DNA of 53,669 nucleotides, counting the filler, from Sphacelaria rigidula (lineage: Eukaryota), in the NCBI GenBank assembly GCA_964200075.2. It is 5 parts of 5 records of this genome, joined end to end, with 100 filler letters (N's around TTAATTAATTAA, not from the genome) between each part and the next. Parts side by side here need not be neighbours in the genome. Positions count along the whole stretch, not along the records: positions 1 to 10,655 come from CAXNAA020006135.1; positions 10,756 to 21,409 come from CAXNAA020006136.1; 3 more parts are not named here. One strand, 5' to 3'. Below the pieces are notes generated by a model that was not told the DNA's origin, did no database searches, and was given only the letters and a program-made list of their open reading frames with translations. The position numbers were made by a program, and so were the translations under genes. Numbering within the stretch: the stretch's first letter is position 1; every line of letters begins with the position of its first letter. Positions 1-13,192 of the stretch are shown here, piece by piece.

Positions 1-290
1 ACAATGAGTTGCTTTATTCTGTGGTATCGCCACTTCCAGAGACAGCCACGGCTTTTACACTGCTTCATGGGTGTCGAGGGGGGAGGGGGAAGTCAAAAGT
101 GTGATCTCAACCATGGTTCGTTTCACTACTCTCGTACACAACCGGTATACTCGTACTTGACCCTTATCTTGTAAAGAAGGGAGGGTTATAGGGTATCTCG
201 ATGTGGTATGGGGATGCCATAAAATCGCTTTTAACATCGGGGGGAAGAGCGAACAAATCTTGAAGAAATTCTGCTAGTATAGGGTCAAGC

Positions 291-480
291 CGGTCGCTCC
301 GGTGGCTCACTTGGTTATCTCAAAACCCTCTGACGGTTGGGTCGTGTGTCCCAGTTTGGGTGCAGTCAGACGAACAGATTTGGTTTTCACACAATGCCCA
401 ACAGGGGAAAGCGACTATGTCGTGGGTACACGAGAAGAAAAAAATGACTTCACGATCGACGAGGGAAAGGGACTGCTGAA
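291..480 (+). mobile_element. tRNA-derived SINE-like repeat (degenerate copy)
   Basis: A-box-like ggtggctcacttgg followed by ctcaaaaccctctgacggttgggtcgtg; aligns by eye with 43582-43760. Confidence 0.55.
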
Positions 481-1407
481 ACCCTCTCGCGATAAAAATA
501 AGACAAGCTGCGGAAGGAAGGTGGAGTACTGAAATAAAAGAAAAAAAGAGAAAACTCATGTGTTGGCCTTCCTCCTGTATGACCCCGGCTGATACGCCCA
601 CATATACCGAAATATGTAGACTGGCGTCCAGAATAGATGGGATCACAACACAACACAGCAGTTTCAGACCCCCACCGGAATGGTGCTATTTTTATGTCTT
701 CAAAGGTGAGAACGCGGCATTGCATACTGCACAGAGCACCGATATCACAATGTGTGACTTGCAATATCGTAAAAATTGTTTTCACCGCTAGGAAATAATT
801 TCCGTATCGATGTCAGACTCCCACATTCCCCAGCATTCCGTTGAAAATAAGTAGACCGGATTTCCTCACTTCGGCTGCACCCAGTGTGACACTTTCTATG
901 ATAGCCCCTCCCCAAAACCAGCCCAGAAGTGTCACGAAAAAAATGGACATACAGCGCCTGATGTTTAGGTTCAGGCTGCATGAAGCGCCTCATGTGGGCG
1001 GCATTGGCGAGAACGAACCCAAGCGTGTGAATTCTCAGATGCTCGCTGTGCTGGGCTCTTCCCATTTCGATTTACGTGAAGAGTTTGCCTGCCCAAACCA
1101 AGCACTTGTTCGAGGGGAGCTACCGTAGAAAGTGGCGTATCGGGAAAGTTGGTCGGTCTTAGATGCCGTCTTGACAAGCTTACTGTTCTGAAATCAAGTC
1201 CAGCGGCACTTCCATCCCGAATACGGACTGCCCACAGATCAAAAGCAGAGCGCTGGGCTCGACCCAATAACAGACACGAAATATCTGGCTGGTGCTTCTA
1301 ACATTCGAACGACTAGGACGATGTGCATTTCAATGGCGCGATAACGATCTGACGAGGACTACGGTGCGCGTTTTTGTTGACGATCACGATGTGTGATGAT
1401 GATGCAG

Positions 1408-1563
1408 TTGGAAGAATTGGACAGAGAAAAAGGGCGCATCAATGACGAGATCGAGCGAGTCACCCAGGTACGATTTTGCAGTTTTTGCTCTTTTGTTTGC
1501 TCAGACTGAGTACGACTTGAACTAACAACATATGCCGTCGTTGTTGTCGTCGTCATTGTTGCG

Positions 1564-1624
<61 letters not shown>

Positions 1625-4600
1625 CAGCAGCAGTAGTAGCAGTAGTAGCAGTAGTAGCAGCAGCAGCAGCAGCAGTAGTAGCAGTAGCAGTAGTCTGCTG
1701 TCAATCGTATTTTCCTCGTTTTTGTCGTCATTGCCGTCTGGGGGAAGGATCTTCATTGCAGGCGTATTCGTACACACACGTAAAGTTTCAAGTCGCGAAC
1801 ACGTAAGCGCATTGATTGATGATTTCTGACGCGTAAGCGGACGAATCAACGGACTGTACAGTCAGTTGCAACGTACTTGGTCGCAGGCAAGGGGCACTGT
1901 GAAAAGTCATTCTCACTTTGAGTTATGGATTCTCCGTTTGTTCCCCGGGGGGGGGGGGGGGAAAGGGGGGGGGGCACTAACTGACTTTTTTTTCATATCT
2001 TTTCGCGTATGCCGCTCCAGGCCGGACGGAAACGCGATCAGCAGGCCGTGAAAATGTCGCTTCAGCAACAGATAGACCGATCACGCGCCACGGCTGAGAT
2101 GTACGACCAAGCGTATAGCCGGGACGTGGAGGTCATCAAGTCCATTGAAGACAGCCTTATCTCTGTGTTTAACAAGGTATCAGAGGTGGTCGCATGGCCA
2201 TTGAACGCGCGGTATGCCGTGGATTCGAGTAGGAAGGGGACATGAGGGTCGAGGGCTGATCATTTGAGTGCTACGCAATTCAAGATCTGTCTGAAACAAG
2301 GGTACTCGTATTCTGTATGCTTGAGCTGTCCGGGCATTTAGTCAGTCGTCCTCCTCCTCTGTAGGATGATAGCGAGCTACTAAAAGCTGTAGTTTGTTCG
2401 ACCGATGGGGCGTTTACATGTGTCATCAGAAACGGAGAGTCAAAGCGACGAGATCGAACGATTAGGCGCGTAAGTAAATATGGTCTCGGCGTATATTATT
2501 CACTCGTGTCCAGCTATGCCTCCTGTTGCTCGTCCTTGGAGGCGTCGACAATGTCGGTCACTACTCATGAGTATACGTTTTGCTAGCTGGGAGGATGGGC
2601 ACCCAACAATCGGCTGCGAGTCAATGTCTAATTCACAAGCGGAGTACGTGGTCGATTTCGACTCTTCAATGTCGTCGCGGGAAATTTATGAATTGAAAGA
2701 GTGGTACGCTTACTCATGCGGTGTGCCGCTGCGTACATGTGCGATTCATCTGATGCCTTGTCAGGTGGGGTCAGGGGACAAGGCAGTATCGAAGCAACTG
2801 CTCGCCATGGGGGTGACGGACCGAAGCATCCTGGTCTTCTTAGCACAAATCGAGGAGCAGATCGAGCACATCGTGCAGGTGAAGATATTCTGCTAATACA
2901 TACATGTTTAAGGAGGGTGACGTCGTAATGAGATTTCATTGTTAGTATTTTCTCGGACGTATCCCCCAAAGAAGCACATCGCTCCATATACAGTATTGCA
3001 CTTTCGGGCAGCACTATCCTCGAGATCATAGATATAATTAGATCACAAACCGCCCATCGAAGTAAACGCGCGAAAACGAGAATGAGGTCGAACGATCATC
3101 CGCAAGAAATAGTGCTTTGTGCCGTTATTTCTGCGCGTGTGAAGCGGGAACCTTTAGTAGCTGGAACACAGGGCAGCGGCTGCTATTAGTAAGCGCAGAT
3201 TTAGTTGAAGACCTCCCTTCGATTTTCGTCATGAGTACACCCCCCCTCGATGTGTCAAAAAACGACTGTCGTCGGTAGTCGCATGCTCCTCCTGACAGTT
3301 GGCGTCGGTTGGCGACGACGCTGTGTAACACGCCACTTACCGCGTAAGCTAGGCAGCCAGGCTACCGTTTGTTTTTCGCCCGCATTTTTTTTGCGGTGAC
3401 TATGTGGTTGTCGATTTAGGTCGTGTTGTGCGGGGTGGACAACCTCAACTCCGCGCAAAGGGGATGACCGTAACAACTAGTGTTAAAATCGTGAGACACA
3501 CGCCAGGTAGTATATATCGCCCATGGCTATCTCTGGAAGTAGCGTTACCAGAACGTGAAGCAACTCATTCGAGCCTGTCATCCATTGCAAGATAATTAGT
3601 GTTCTCCGGGCCGAATAGTCTGAGTGAGATAAAGTTCACCCTTCATGCAACTCGCCGAACACATCACGGCGCCTCGCGCTTAGTAATTGCGAGCGTCGTC
3701 TGGCGAAAACTCGGCGTGATCCGTTCCGGGTTTGTGGAGATGCGAGGCCAATGGTCTGATACCTACGGTATGCAGAATCTTGAGTACCCCCCCCCCCCCC
3801 TCCTCTCTCTGCAGTCGTGATCTTCTCCCCACCTCCCCCCAATAGACATATGCAGGGTAAGGGGTAGGGTAAGTATGAGGGCAGGTAAAAGAACTAGGAT
3901 CCAAGTCACCGTCTCGTGGGGAAACAGCGGTCGATTCTTACACATTGCGTTGCGTTATGCCCAGGGATCATGATCCGACCCTTAGATGACTGACGATGAC
4001 ACCACGAACTTGAACGGAGTTGACAAAGCTACAGTACCGTGTATCGAATGAAGCCTATGCATGGTTCCTATGTGATTGCTGAATCGTCGACTCTCCCGCG
4101 GGGGTTGCCTGGTCCATCAATACCTTAGCTAGTTCGTTGTGACGTTCGGTTGCTCGTCCCAAACGTTCTATGCCCCACCATATTCTTGGTAGGTCTACAA
4201 CGCAGCAACCGACAGCACCGCCGTCTCCAACGTTCGGAGACCTTCCACTCCTGTGGTACGTCCGATACATAACTGTTACGAGATCAGTGAGGCCCAGTGG
4301 AGATACTGTCGATCTTTACGTAGTCTGGGGCCACACGGTCCATCCTCTTTTTCCAGCTTGTGTTTTTTTTTGTCTCCGTCTTGCCTGCTTTTCCATTTTG
4401 TTATCATAGTCTCTCTTCATGTAGGTGCGCAGCGAATCTGAGCATGCTTTGTTGTTTCCTCATCACCGCGCATGTGACTACAGTGAGTAAGCGTGAGGGC
4501 AGGCGAGGCTGAGAAGGAGCGTAAGAGTCTTTTGTATTGCCATGTTCTATCTACAGAGAATTGTGCCACCTCCTTTGTTTTCCGAACTTTATATGAAATA

Positions 4601-6740
4601 CCCGGCATCTGCGTTCAAACCTCGTTTTCCTTTGTCTCACATCGAGCACATATACACCAAGTGCCCAGAGAGGCATGTAGCCAGGAAGACGGGCAGAGAC
4701 AGTAGTAGCGTATCTCCCCGTAAAACACCATAGATTTGTTGTCGGCCATCCAGCCAGCCACAAGTCAGATTTCATTGACTCCTCATCACATGGTGCAACA
4801 ATTCGTAGTATTTGCAAGAACTGGTTCGGAATGTCATGTCTCATGGGCTACTGCTCGTTTTTGCGCTGATAACGTGGACCCCTGCCAAGCACATTCAACG
4901 TTTGCCCTCATTCCTCGTCTTTGTAGGACGGGGAGAAGTCCCTTGGTCCACGGGGGAACGCTTGGTTGCAGTCTTCCAGTCGGTCGGGGCGGGCGATGTT
5001 GTTTTGCTTTGCTGTCGTTTGATACGAAAATCAGAATCAATACTTACTGGGCACCACACACGAACAGTGCCATCAAACCCATACGAAGGCACCTGTATTT
5101 TCACACAACGAGAATTTCTCGACCCTCGGACTGCTAAAGTCTTGCACTACACTGAACCCCACGTAGGTTGGTTTTCTACTCCCTTACATTGAATCGATAA
5201 ACATGGGAAGCAGACAAAATGGGGGCAAACCCCTGTAGATTTGGGGATAAAATGGAGCAATGCACTTCTCGGAGCGGGAAGCAGCGCTGTACGCCGGCTA
5301 GGCACCCCTCAAATTCCTCACAGAGCCTGAACCGCACACCCAAGGTGCTTGAGCCGCATGTCCAATGTATTTTTTTTTTTACACACAGAAACAGGGCTGG
5401 CTAGTTCATGGGAAAGGCTGAGCCCGTTGGAGCACCCCCACCATTTTATCAATAAAACCCGCTGGTGAAACCCCCTGCCAGCGAAAACTTATATAGTACA
5501 GTACCCCCATTTTGCTCACGGGTATACCTGTTCTTGTCAAGTGCTTACCCTCCTTAGGACAGTGCAAAGCACACCTTGAACATCCTCGAACACACCCCTA
5601 TCCTGTCAATCTCCACCTTCCCGAAAAATACGAAAGGCCCAATGACCAAGAAATCGGGGTCTACTGCTGGTCGCTCGGCACACGACAATTTCTTGGTCGT
5701 TGGGCTGTTTGTCTTCTTCGGGAAAGTGTAGATTGACAAAACGGGGGTATATCCGGGGCTGTTCGAGATGTCCTTTGCACGGTCCGAACCAGAGAAAAAA
5801 TCGAACAAGGAGGAGTTATACACGTTACCAAAATGGGGTGCTATATTCACTTTTCACCGACAGGGGGGTTCACCCAGTGGGTTGGTTGACAAAATGGGGG
5901 GTGCTCCAACGAGCTCACATTTTCCATTCCCTATAATACTAACCCTGTTTCCCTTCCCCCCCCTAAAAATGGGCATGTGGCCCAATAATCTCGGGCGTGA
6001 GACTGAGGCGCTAGATTATGTTTTAGAGATACCCAACCGGCGTGCAGCGCTGCTTCTCACTCCGAAAAGTGCACTACTCCATTTTGTCGTCCAATCCTCC
6101 GGGTATTCCCCACATTTTCTCTGTTCCCCTTTATTTTGTTGGCTTCGAAAATTTCACTTACGCCCGAATTGTGGTCTTCTTCCCAGCCCAGCCCATCAAT
6201 ATTAGTATCCCCGTGCTAACAGTGTTTCTCTTCTGTCGCTACTCTATTTCTCCTTGTGTTTATCTCTCTGTCTTCTCCGGCGCGAGAAGTTTCTGTCGGA
6301 ACACATATGCTTCTCTACACCACCACCGTATGACGTACGGTATAGCATTATACATGCTTGAATTCTCGATAAAAGCCTTTGATCGCGAATAATTTTAGTA
6401 TATACTTACAGTATTCCAGCGTGCGTACATTTAGAATCAAACTTCTGAACGTTTTCGTCACGAAATATACATCGCCCTCTCGAAATATAGGGCAGCATAA
6501 TATGTTATCACCCCTCCCGTTGTTCGAGCGCACAGGTCAACCAGGCGACGGGGGAGCGTGTGCCGAGCATGTGCTCACCGCACCCTCCCTCTTCTGACAC
6601 AATCGATGACACTTTGGGTAGCGCGCCGACAGAGGAGGATCCTGACGGGTACCACCGACCGATCAACACGGCCAAGGTGTGTGTGTGTGTGTGTGTTTGC
6701 ATGTATATGTTGTTCTTGTTTTTATGATGTCAAAGATGAC

Positions 6741-6801
<61 letters not shown>

Positions 6802-7480
6802 GTGATGATGATGGTGATGATGGCGATGATGATGATGATGGCGATGATGATAATAGTGATGAAATTTGACGCCCGAGGACATTTTCGATGTCCGCTTCTT
6901 CGCGTTTCTACCCCAAATGCCAAAATATGTCATCATTTGTTGGCACCGCTGACTTTGATTTGGGGCGAACATTCCATGTCCTCAGAATTGCGTAGTTTCG
7001 ACCCAGAGTTGGTCTGCGAATTTTGCACGCTTCTGTTCGAACAGGACGGAGCAGGAAACCACTACCTTCTCGATGTTGGCGTGTTATTCTAGAAAGCATT
7101 CTGGAATGCGGCTTGTGCTACTATATTGTTCCGATATCCTGGACACCGAGATGCTTTCCGATTGCTTGCGCTCGTCGATTTACCAGGAATGCGATACAGT
7201 ATGTGTACGCTTCGAAGTTTTCCGACAGTTTGGTCTCATGCCTCGTGATATGAAGTGTGCACAGTAAGGCGGCGAAAATTCAATATTACAGAAACATAGT
7301 TCGTGTCGTGAATGTCGACTGTTTGTCTATCCGCCGGATTGCAGAAGAGTCTTTTTCCTCCAACAGCTTCAGAAAAAAACGAGAAATATTATGACAATAC
7401 ATCTTGGCAAGTCTTTCTGGCGCCATATCGCCCCTTCCCCTCCCTCCTCCCCGCACGGGCGGGCGGTAGTCCTGGCTTGA
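1408..7480 (+). CDS. Outer dynein arm docking complex coiled-coil protein (ODA-DC2/CCDC114/CCDC63-like), 3' exons: 1408-1467, 2021-2176, 2765-2878, 4193-4255, 6536-6676, 7367-7480 (last exon end uncertain); 5' part not identified in the window
   Basis: Five exons have AG/GT boundaries, all phase 0, and join in frame: LEELDREKGRINDEIERVTQ|AGRKRDQQ...SLISVFNK|VGSGDKAVSKQLLAMGVTDRSILVFLAQIEEQIEHIVQ|VYNAATDSTAVSNVRRPSTPV|VNQATGE...PPSSDTIDD...EEDPDGYHRPINTAK|LQKKTRNIM. GVTxxxxxxFLxxIEE and the acidic tail ending RP(L/I)xxxxLxxK resemble the DC2 C-terminus. Confidence 0.8.
1564..1693 (+). repeat. (GTA)n/(GCA)n compound microsatellite, intronic
   Basis: Directly visible. Confidence 0.97.
3233..3800 (+). 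mobile_element. ~550-bp non-coding interspersed repeat (unit U) flanked by GAGTAC-poly(C) motifs
   Basis: Homologous to 48108-48611 (same strand), to 10801-10925 plus 11945-12335 (reverse) and to 1-75 (reverse); GAGTACACCCCCCC at 3233 and GAGTAC(C)13 at 3782. Confidence 0.8.
5388..5950. mobile_element. Foldback/MITE-like element with long inverted arms
   Basis: cgttggagcaccccc...cccattttg (~5425-5513) is the diverged inverse of caaaatgggg...ggggtgctccaacg (~5829-5911); outer aaacagggct / aaccctgttt. Confidence 0.7.
6735..6862 (+). repeat. (GAT)n microsatellite just downstream of an exon donor, following a short (GT)n tract
   Basis: Directly visible. Confidence 0.97.
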
Positions 7481-9289
7481 AATCCGCTGGGCGGTCGACC
7501 TGCTGCAAAATGCGGATATTATTCTCAGATGCACTAGAAGTAAGGGTGTTCCACTCCAAAGGTAATCTCTAGCCGTGTATGACTCTGCTCCCATTGTTTG
7601 GAATATACATATAATATATGTACATATAATACCACGTTCAGCGGGTCGAATTCCAAGACACATGAGCACTGATGGTAGTGATGTGTGCATTACGTATAGT
7701 ACATGTTATAGTTTGAAGAAGCCGTGGCTGCTCATCAGCTGAGCACGTTGTGCGTGACGTTTGCACAAATTTATTCAGAATGCATTGAAAAACGATGTTT
7801 TGTGTGACACGCGCGCACAGCACACGCACACAAAGGGTCAGCACCATTTGAGATGATGCCGATTCAAAATTTGAATAAGGAGTGAAAACCGTCGCATCCA
7901 GCTACTCATTATAAAAAATATCCCATGTATCGTAGAGCAGCAGCAGCGACAATAACAGTATAGATGAACTAAAAAACAAAGTACAGCTGAGACGATGCGA
8001 CATGCGTGCATGACCACGCTCGAGATGTGCAGCCCTGCCCCGACAGGTAGACTGTGCAGTGGAGAGCGATGACACATGGGCCATGTTATACCGTTGACGT
8101 AAAGCAAGGTATTTCTCAACTGAGCATGATGCCGATTCTATTTCCGAGTGAAATCGATGCCGACTCCACAAATGAAGAACAGTCGACACGGATGTCGGTA
8201 CCGCCTTCGGTCGAAGGGTCCACTGAGACGTGGAGACAAGAAATGCATCAAGCGAAACGCATCGTAACCCGATAACGCCATGCAGAACACAGCGCGGGAA
8301 GCAAATGTACTCCAAACCCGGGCAGAAACAAAACGCACCCTAATATCAAGCGAACTGCAAGCGAAGTGTGCGCTAAAGGGTTTCGGAGAAAAAAAACGTA
8401 CCCGACAATCAAGTAAAGACGAAATGCTGGCTTCTCAGACCTTGACAGCGAAATGACGTATGTCTGCAGGAAAGCGATTTGAGCTAAACGCCTAATTGTT
8501 GTATGGACTCAAGGTGTTTGGCGCTTCGCGCCACCGCCCAATGGGAGCGATTCCAAGGCAAATGATGATACAGAGTGTCTGGAGCTGAAAATATGATTTG
8601 GGGCTAATTCAGAAAGATGGGGAAAAAAGAATCCTGGGAAGAGGATAATCCATCGTATGTAGCTGGCGATCGCGCAGTAGAACCGCCCGCGCAGGCAAAA
8701 CATGAAAACCAGGCCGCACAACAAAGGACTGGAAACCCCTCGCAGTTTAGAAAACTTATCGGTCAGGAGCGCTGCGCATCCATAGGGAAACCTGTGCATT
8801 GGAGTGAGCAACTTGATTCAAGTATATGAGCCTTGTTTTGCTTAGTGTCATGACCGATTGAAGACCTCGAAACTGAAAAATAAGGGGCATGAATTTGTGT
8901 GCATAGCCAAGCAGATCGCGCAGAAGAGGCAAGTATGGCACAAAGCTGCCGAGGTGCAGTTGAGTTGATGGTGCAGCCATATGAGCCGCAGGGTGTTGGA
9001 TTGCGGTTTTGTTATCTGTTCCTTGAGGTCACGAAAAAAAAAGTTGTCCTAGTTTTGAACGACACATACATGCAGGCAGTATCATCCTGTCGCTCATTCG
9101 TACGCGGTCCTCGCTTGGCATTGGACCGCTGGACAGAAAAGTAGTGTGAGGCCGCTTCTAGTTGTGCTACGAAAACAACACATTGAAAACAGCCTATTTG
9201 GTGATTCAGTGCCGAGTTTCGGCGGAATACGTGGTTCGGCGGATTGTGCTACCTCAGGAAGACTTGCTGCTGTACCCTCTTCAGGATTC

Positions 9290-10320
9290 AAGCGCGTCTT
9301 TCCGATCTTTCGTGCGCTCAGTTTGACGTTTGGCCGGGCGAAAATCTTCCCAAGCAAACGCGAAATAATATTATCGTGTTTCTTGGAAGCAACTTGATAT
9401 CGGAGACGATTGGTCATTCATCAAAAACCGTGTTCGAATGAACTGCCTGTGATTGATCGCCGCGATACTATCCCCCCCAAAAGCGCCCCAAAAGTGTTGG
9501 CAAACACGATTTTGTTATCAGCCGGACGAACACAGTTCCGTTGACAGGGGCATATGCAAACGCTTGACACACAACCTAACACAACCAGAGGTGAGCCTGA
9601 AGAATCCATGACCTTCTCAAACCAAAAACACACAGCTCAAGCCGTAGGTATTCGTGACCTGAGCACGTTGTGGGTGCGTGAACTTGGTAAAAAATGTTGA
9701 GACATCAATGATAAACGATGAGTGGTGTGGCACGCGTGCACCGCACACGCCAGCAGAGGATTAGCAACGACATGCTTTTGGTTGTAATTTTCCGCGCACG
9801 CGACCTTCCCCCAAATATAGAATGCATTTCCGTCAAACAAAAGGCTGCCGTGTAGGTGCTCGCATCTGTACTGGACTCCGCGGGTACGTAGGCCTGATCG
9901 AGGCGGATTTATCCCAGTTCGGCGCAAGCAAGTGATAGTTGACACAAACGTTATTCTCATCAGACCAAAATGCTGACAAAATAATGCGAACCTCAACCGA
10001 AGGCAGACAAAAACCCCTGGGACATGGGAAGAAAGGTGTCGATGAACAAGGGCTAGCGCTGGAGCTAATGCGTGTAAGTGGTGTGTGTGTGTGTGCGCGT
10101 AATTTTATGTCGGAGCTCGGCGTGTGGGTGATGTGTTGCATCGATGGGTCTTGTCTGTAGCAGCACAGAGATGTTGGACCAACGACCACTTCCAGAACCG
10201 CCATCTTTCTCAACCTGCATACAGATCTGGGCTCTATCTGGGCAAAGATGTTTTTAATGATACCTAAACAGGTTATTGTGGAGATGAAAATAATCAAAAA
10301 CGGTTGTTCGAAAAACGGTT
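9290..10320 (+). mobile_element. Unclassified interspersed repeat, related to 48700-49320 and partly to 7725-7870
   Basis: Shared blocks: acaaccagaggtga, gcacgttgtg(g/c)gtg, cagaga(t/c)gttggac(c/t)aacga...cagatctggg. Confidence 0.6.
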
Positions 10321-10655
10321 AACCGTCTCCGGTAAGAAGCCACACTGGGATATAAAAATACGATGTACCTTGAACCTCATCTCGGAGTTAATCCTCAATT
10401 CGCACAATTTGCTGTTTACAGTTCTTCTCTGAGATCTTCGGTGTGTGATTTCTGCGAGAAACCAGTTTTTGTGGGCTGTTTGACAAAGCGTTTATGCGGC
10501 CAGAAGGCGACAGGAAACTTCGCACGGCATTCAATAAAGTCTCTTCGTGGGGTTCGACATCGAAATTAGGTTCAACCTGCCACCGGATTTTAACAGAGGG
10601 AGTCATCCTACGATAGGGGGGGGGGTATTTGGTTGCACGAAAAAAGAGGCTCATA

Positions 10656-10755
10656 NNNNNNNNNNNNNNNNNNNNNNNNNNNNNNNNNNNNNNNNNNNNT
10701 TAATTAATTAANNNNNNNNNNNNNNNNNNNNNNNNNNNNNNNNNNNNNNNNNNNN
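10656..10755. other. Assembly gap linker (N-TTAATTAATTAA-N); identical linkers at 21410-21509, 32164-32263, 42917-43016
   Basis: Four identical 100-nt N blocks with a six-frame stop core. Confidence 0.98.
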
Positions 10756-10800
10756 GCGGGGGGGGGGGGGGGGTGGGGGGGGTGCGTGGGGGGGGGGTGG

Positions 10801-12335
10801 GGGGTACTCATGATGATGAATGCTCTTGTAATATGATCATTGACCTCGCATCGCTACAAAGCCGGGAGGGAGCACGCCGGGTTCTCGCCGGACCGGGTTC
10901 GCAATCGGTCAACGAGCGCGAAGGGTTGCAAGGGTAGGTCGAGTAGAGTATATACGTTTGAGTACTAGAGTAAAATACTCGAGTATTCATTTTACGTGAC
11001 GTTTGAGTAGGTCGAGTACGATTTCAAATACTCTATTCTCAGATTTTGAGTAGGCCGAGTACGGCCTTCAATACTTTTCTCAAATTTAGAGTAGATCAAG
11101 TACGACCTTAAATACTTGAGTAGGTCCAGTACTGCCTCAAGCACCTCTACTCAAATTTTGGGTAGGTTAAGTACAGCATCAAATACTCTACTCAAATTTT
11201 GAGTAATTCGAGTACGACCTCAAATAAGTTTCTCGAATATTGAGTGAGCACTTTCGGTAATAACAAGTATAGCGTACCTACCCCTTGGGTGTGGTGAGTA
11301 TCCCCGACAGTCGGCGACTTCGTTACGTCACTTCACAGACGATGTTGAGTATTTGGGCGAACGATGGCCATCAAGTAGATGGGCGGCGTTACATGACAGA
11401 CAACAAGGAGTATGAGCGAATGATGGCCATTAAAAAACCAAAACGCGCGAAGGGCCCTTCGACAATAACCCAACATTCATTCTACCCCATAGTTTTGGGG
11501 CATTTGGGTTTGATCCGAATGTTTGCTGAAGTTTGACCTTGAATCAACACTAATCATGAGTGGGCAACTTTGGGAATGCCTGGGTATCTCCTCTACCCGT
11601 CTTCGATTATCGTGCCTACGAACTTGAATATTGAAGTTGAAGTTATCGGTTTTCGGTACATCGGATCCAGCCTCAGATACTCTACGCAAATTTCGTCGAG
11701 TACGTCGAGTACTGCCTCATATTCTCTACTCAAATCAAATTTAGAGTAGGTTGAGTATGGTCTCAAATACTCAAATTTAGAGTAAGTACTCTCAGTAATA
11801 CTCGAGTATAGAGCATCACTTGGGTATGACCTCAGTACTCTACTAAAATTTTGAGTACGTCGAGTACGGCCTCAAATACTCTACTAAAATTTTGAGTACT
11901 TAAAGTACGACTCTTCAAAAATACTGAGTATTCGGCGAGTGGCGTGAAGGGCGAGCCTGCTAAGATTGCTCGACCCGAAGCCTACTGGTTGTCTTGCATT
12001 TGGATGACAGGCTACAATGAGTTGCTTCATTTTTTGGTGATCACCACTTCCTGGGACAACGACGGCTCATACACTGCCTCATGGGTGCCTCACCATTTGA
12101 ACGCTACCGCACGTGATACGATCATCTTTTTTGTGAGGAGTTGAGGTTTTCCCACGGCGCACAACATGATCCAACTCAACTACCATCATGGTTACCGCAA
12201 AAAAAAAACGCAAGCGCGCCAAAAAACAGTGACCTGGTTGCGTAGCTCACGCAGTGAGTGGCGTGTTTCATAGCGTCATCGCCAACCGACAACCCCATCG
12301 GGAGGAGGGGGGGAGGGGGGAGGGGGGGCGTACTC
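10801..12335 (-). mobile_element. Reverse copy of unit U, split by a ~1 kb insertion
   Basis: 10801-10925 matches the reverse complement of 48480-48611; 11945-12300 matches the reverse complement of 48110-48470; both ends carry (G)n-GTACTC. Confidence 0.75.
10925..11940. mobile_element. Non-autonomous DNA transposon with GAGTA/TACTC-rich subterminal arrays, probably hAT-derived
   Basis: Many tactctactcaaattttgagtaggtcgagtacgacctcaaa-type units at both ends; the core at 11285-11370 reads GVVSIPDSRRLRYVTSQTMLSIWAN, weakly like a hAT dimerisation motif. Confidence 0.6.
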
Positions 12336-12964
12336 ATTTGTTGCTTGCCTTAGTCATTTGATCATTGACCACGGGTCACTTTTGAGACGGAGCAACGAGG
12401 TAGGAGGGAACGGGAACAATTTTGGCAACAATATATCGTACCGTGCACCATTCGTTTCCATGAGGCAAAATCATCACTTCTCGCACAAGCTCCACCTACA
12501 TGATCAACTCCCTCCCCTACGAGTATGATAAGTAGAGTCTGGTCGGCTGCCAACAGTCTAGCTCCTACCTACGCATTATCCTGTGGAGGGATGAGCGCGG
12601 ATCAATATTTTGTATCATTTGCTAGTACCACAGGCCAAACGAATGCCTCTTCAGGCACCATGCCTCGGATAGACGAAAAGGGCGAATAGGGCGTCTGAAC
12701 TTGAGGTTGAGTTAAGCCTGAGATCTACTGAAAATGTCGGAGCAAAAAGGGAAAGTTCAATTGTCAGACGAATCATCGCTGGTTCGAATCACTACATCTA
12801 CGGTATTTGAGGCCTGATTACTCAAAAGAGAGATGAAAAAAGAATCGTCAACCGCGGGTCGAAAAACCGCGTTTCACGATTCCAACCGCGCAGCTGCAAT
12901 CCATACGGAGCAGAGCGTTTTTTTTAGATTGTCACGGAGCGGATATCTACACATCGAAAAACTC

Positions 12965-13192
12965 TAGGGTTGTTGCGGAGCGGATATCCGGCCTCTGTGT
13001 CACGGAGCGGAGCGGATTCTTCTAGTACGGTATGGTATGGTATCGAGCGGAGCGAATATTTGCTAATAACAGCGAGAAAAGTCACGGATTGTCGGATATC
13101 TGCCCCTTACGAATGCCATGGAGTGGTGCGGTTTGACAAACCGCACCGTCATAATCCGCTCCGCGGATTTTTTCTCAATCTACACACCCCTG
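12965..13192. mobile_element. Short MITE-like element with GGAGCGGA subrepeats
   Basis: Starts tagggttgttgcggagcggatatcc; repeated cggagcgga; ends tccgctccgcgg...cacccctg. Confidence 0.4.

Noticed and set aside
1522-1849. Poly-Tyr/Cys/Leu ORFs, and poly-Asp/Met/His/Ile ORFs at 6558-7092
   Set aside because: Translations of intronic trinucleotide microsatellites
10656-10755. TTAATTAATTAA palindrome inside N runs, four times
   Set aside because: Artificial scaffolding linker; adjacency across these gaps should not be trusted
10930-11930. Repeat arrays resembling a CRISPR array
   Set aside because: Degenerate tandem units without unique constant-length spacers, in eukaryotic DNA; better explained as transposon subterminal repeats
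12380-12503. REREQFWQQYIVPCTIRF resembling a YqaJ-like exonuclease C-terminus
   Set aside because: Too short, and its start overlaps a non-coding repeat
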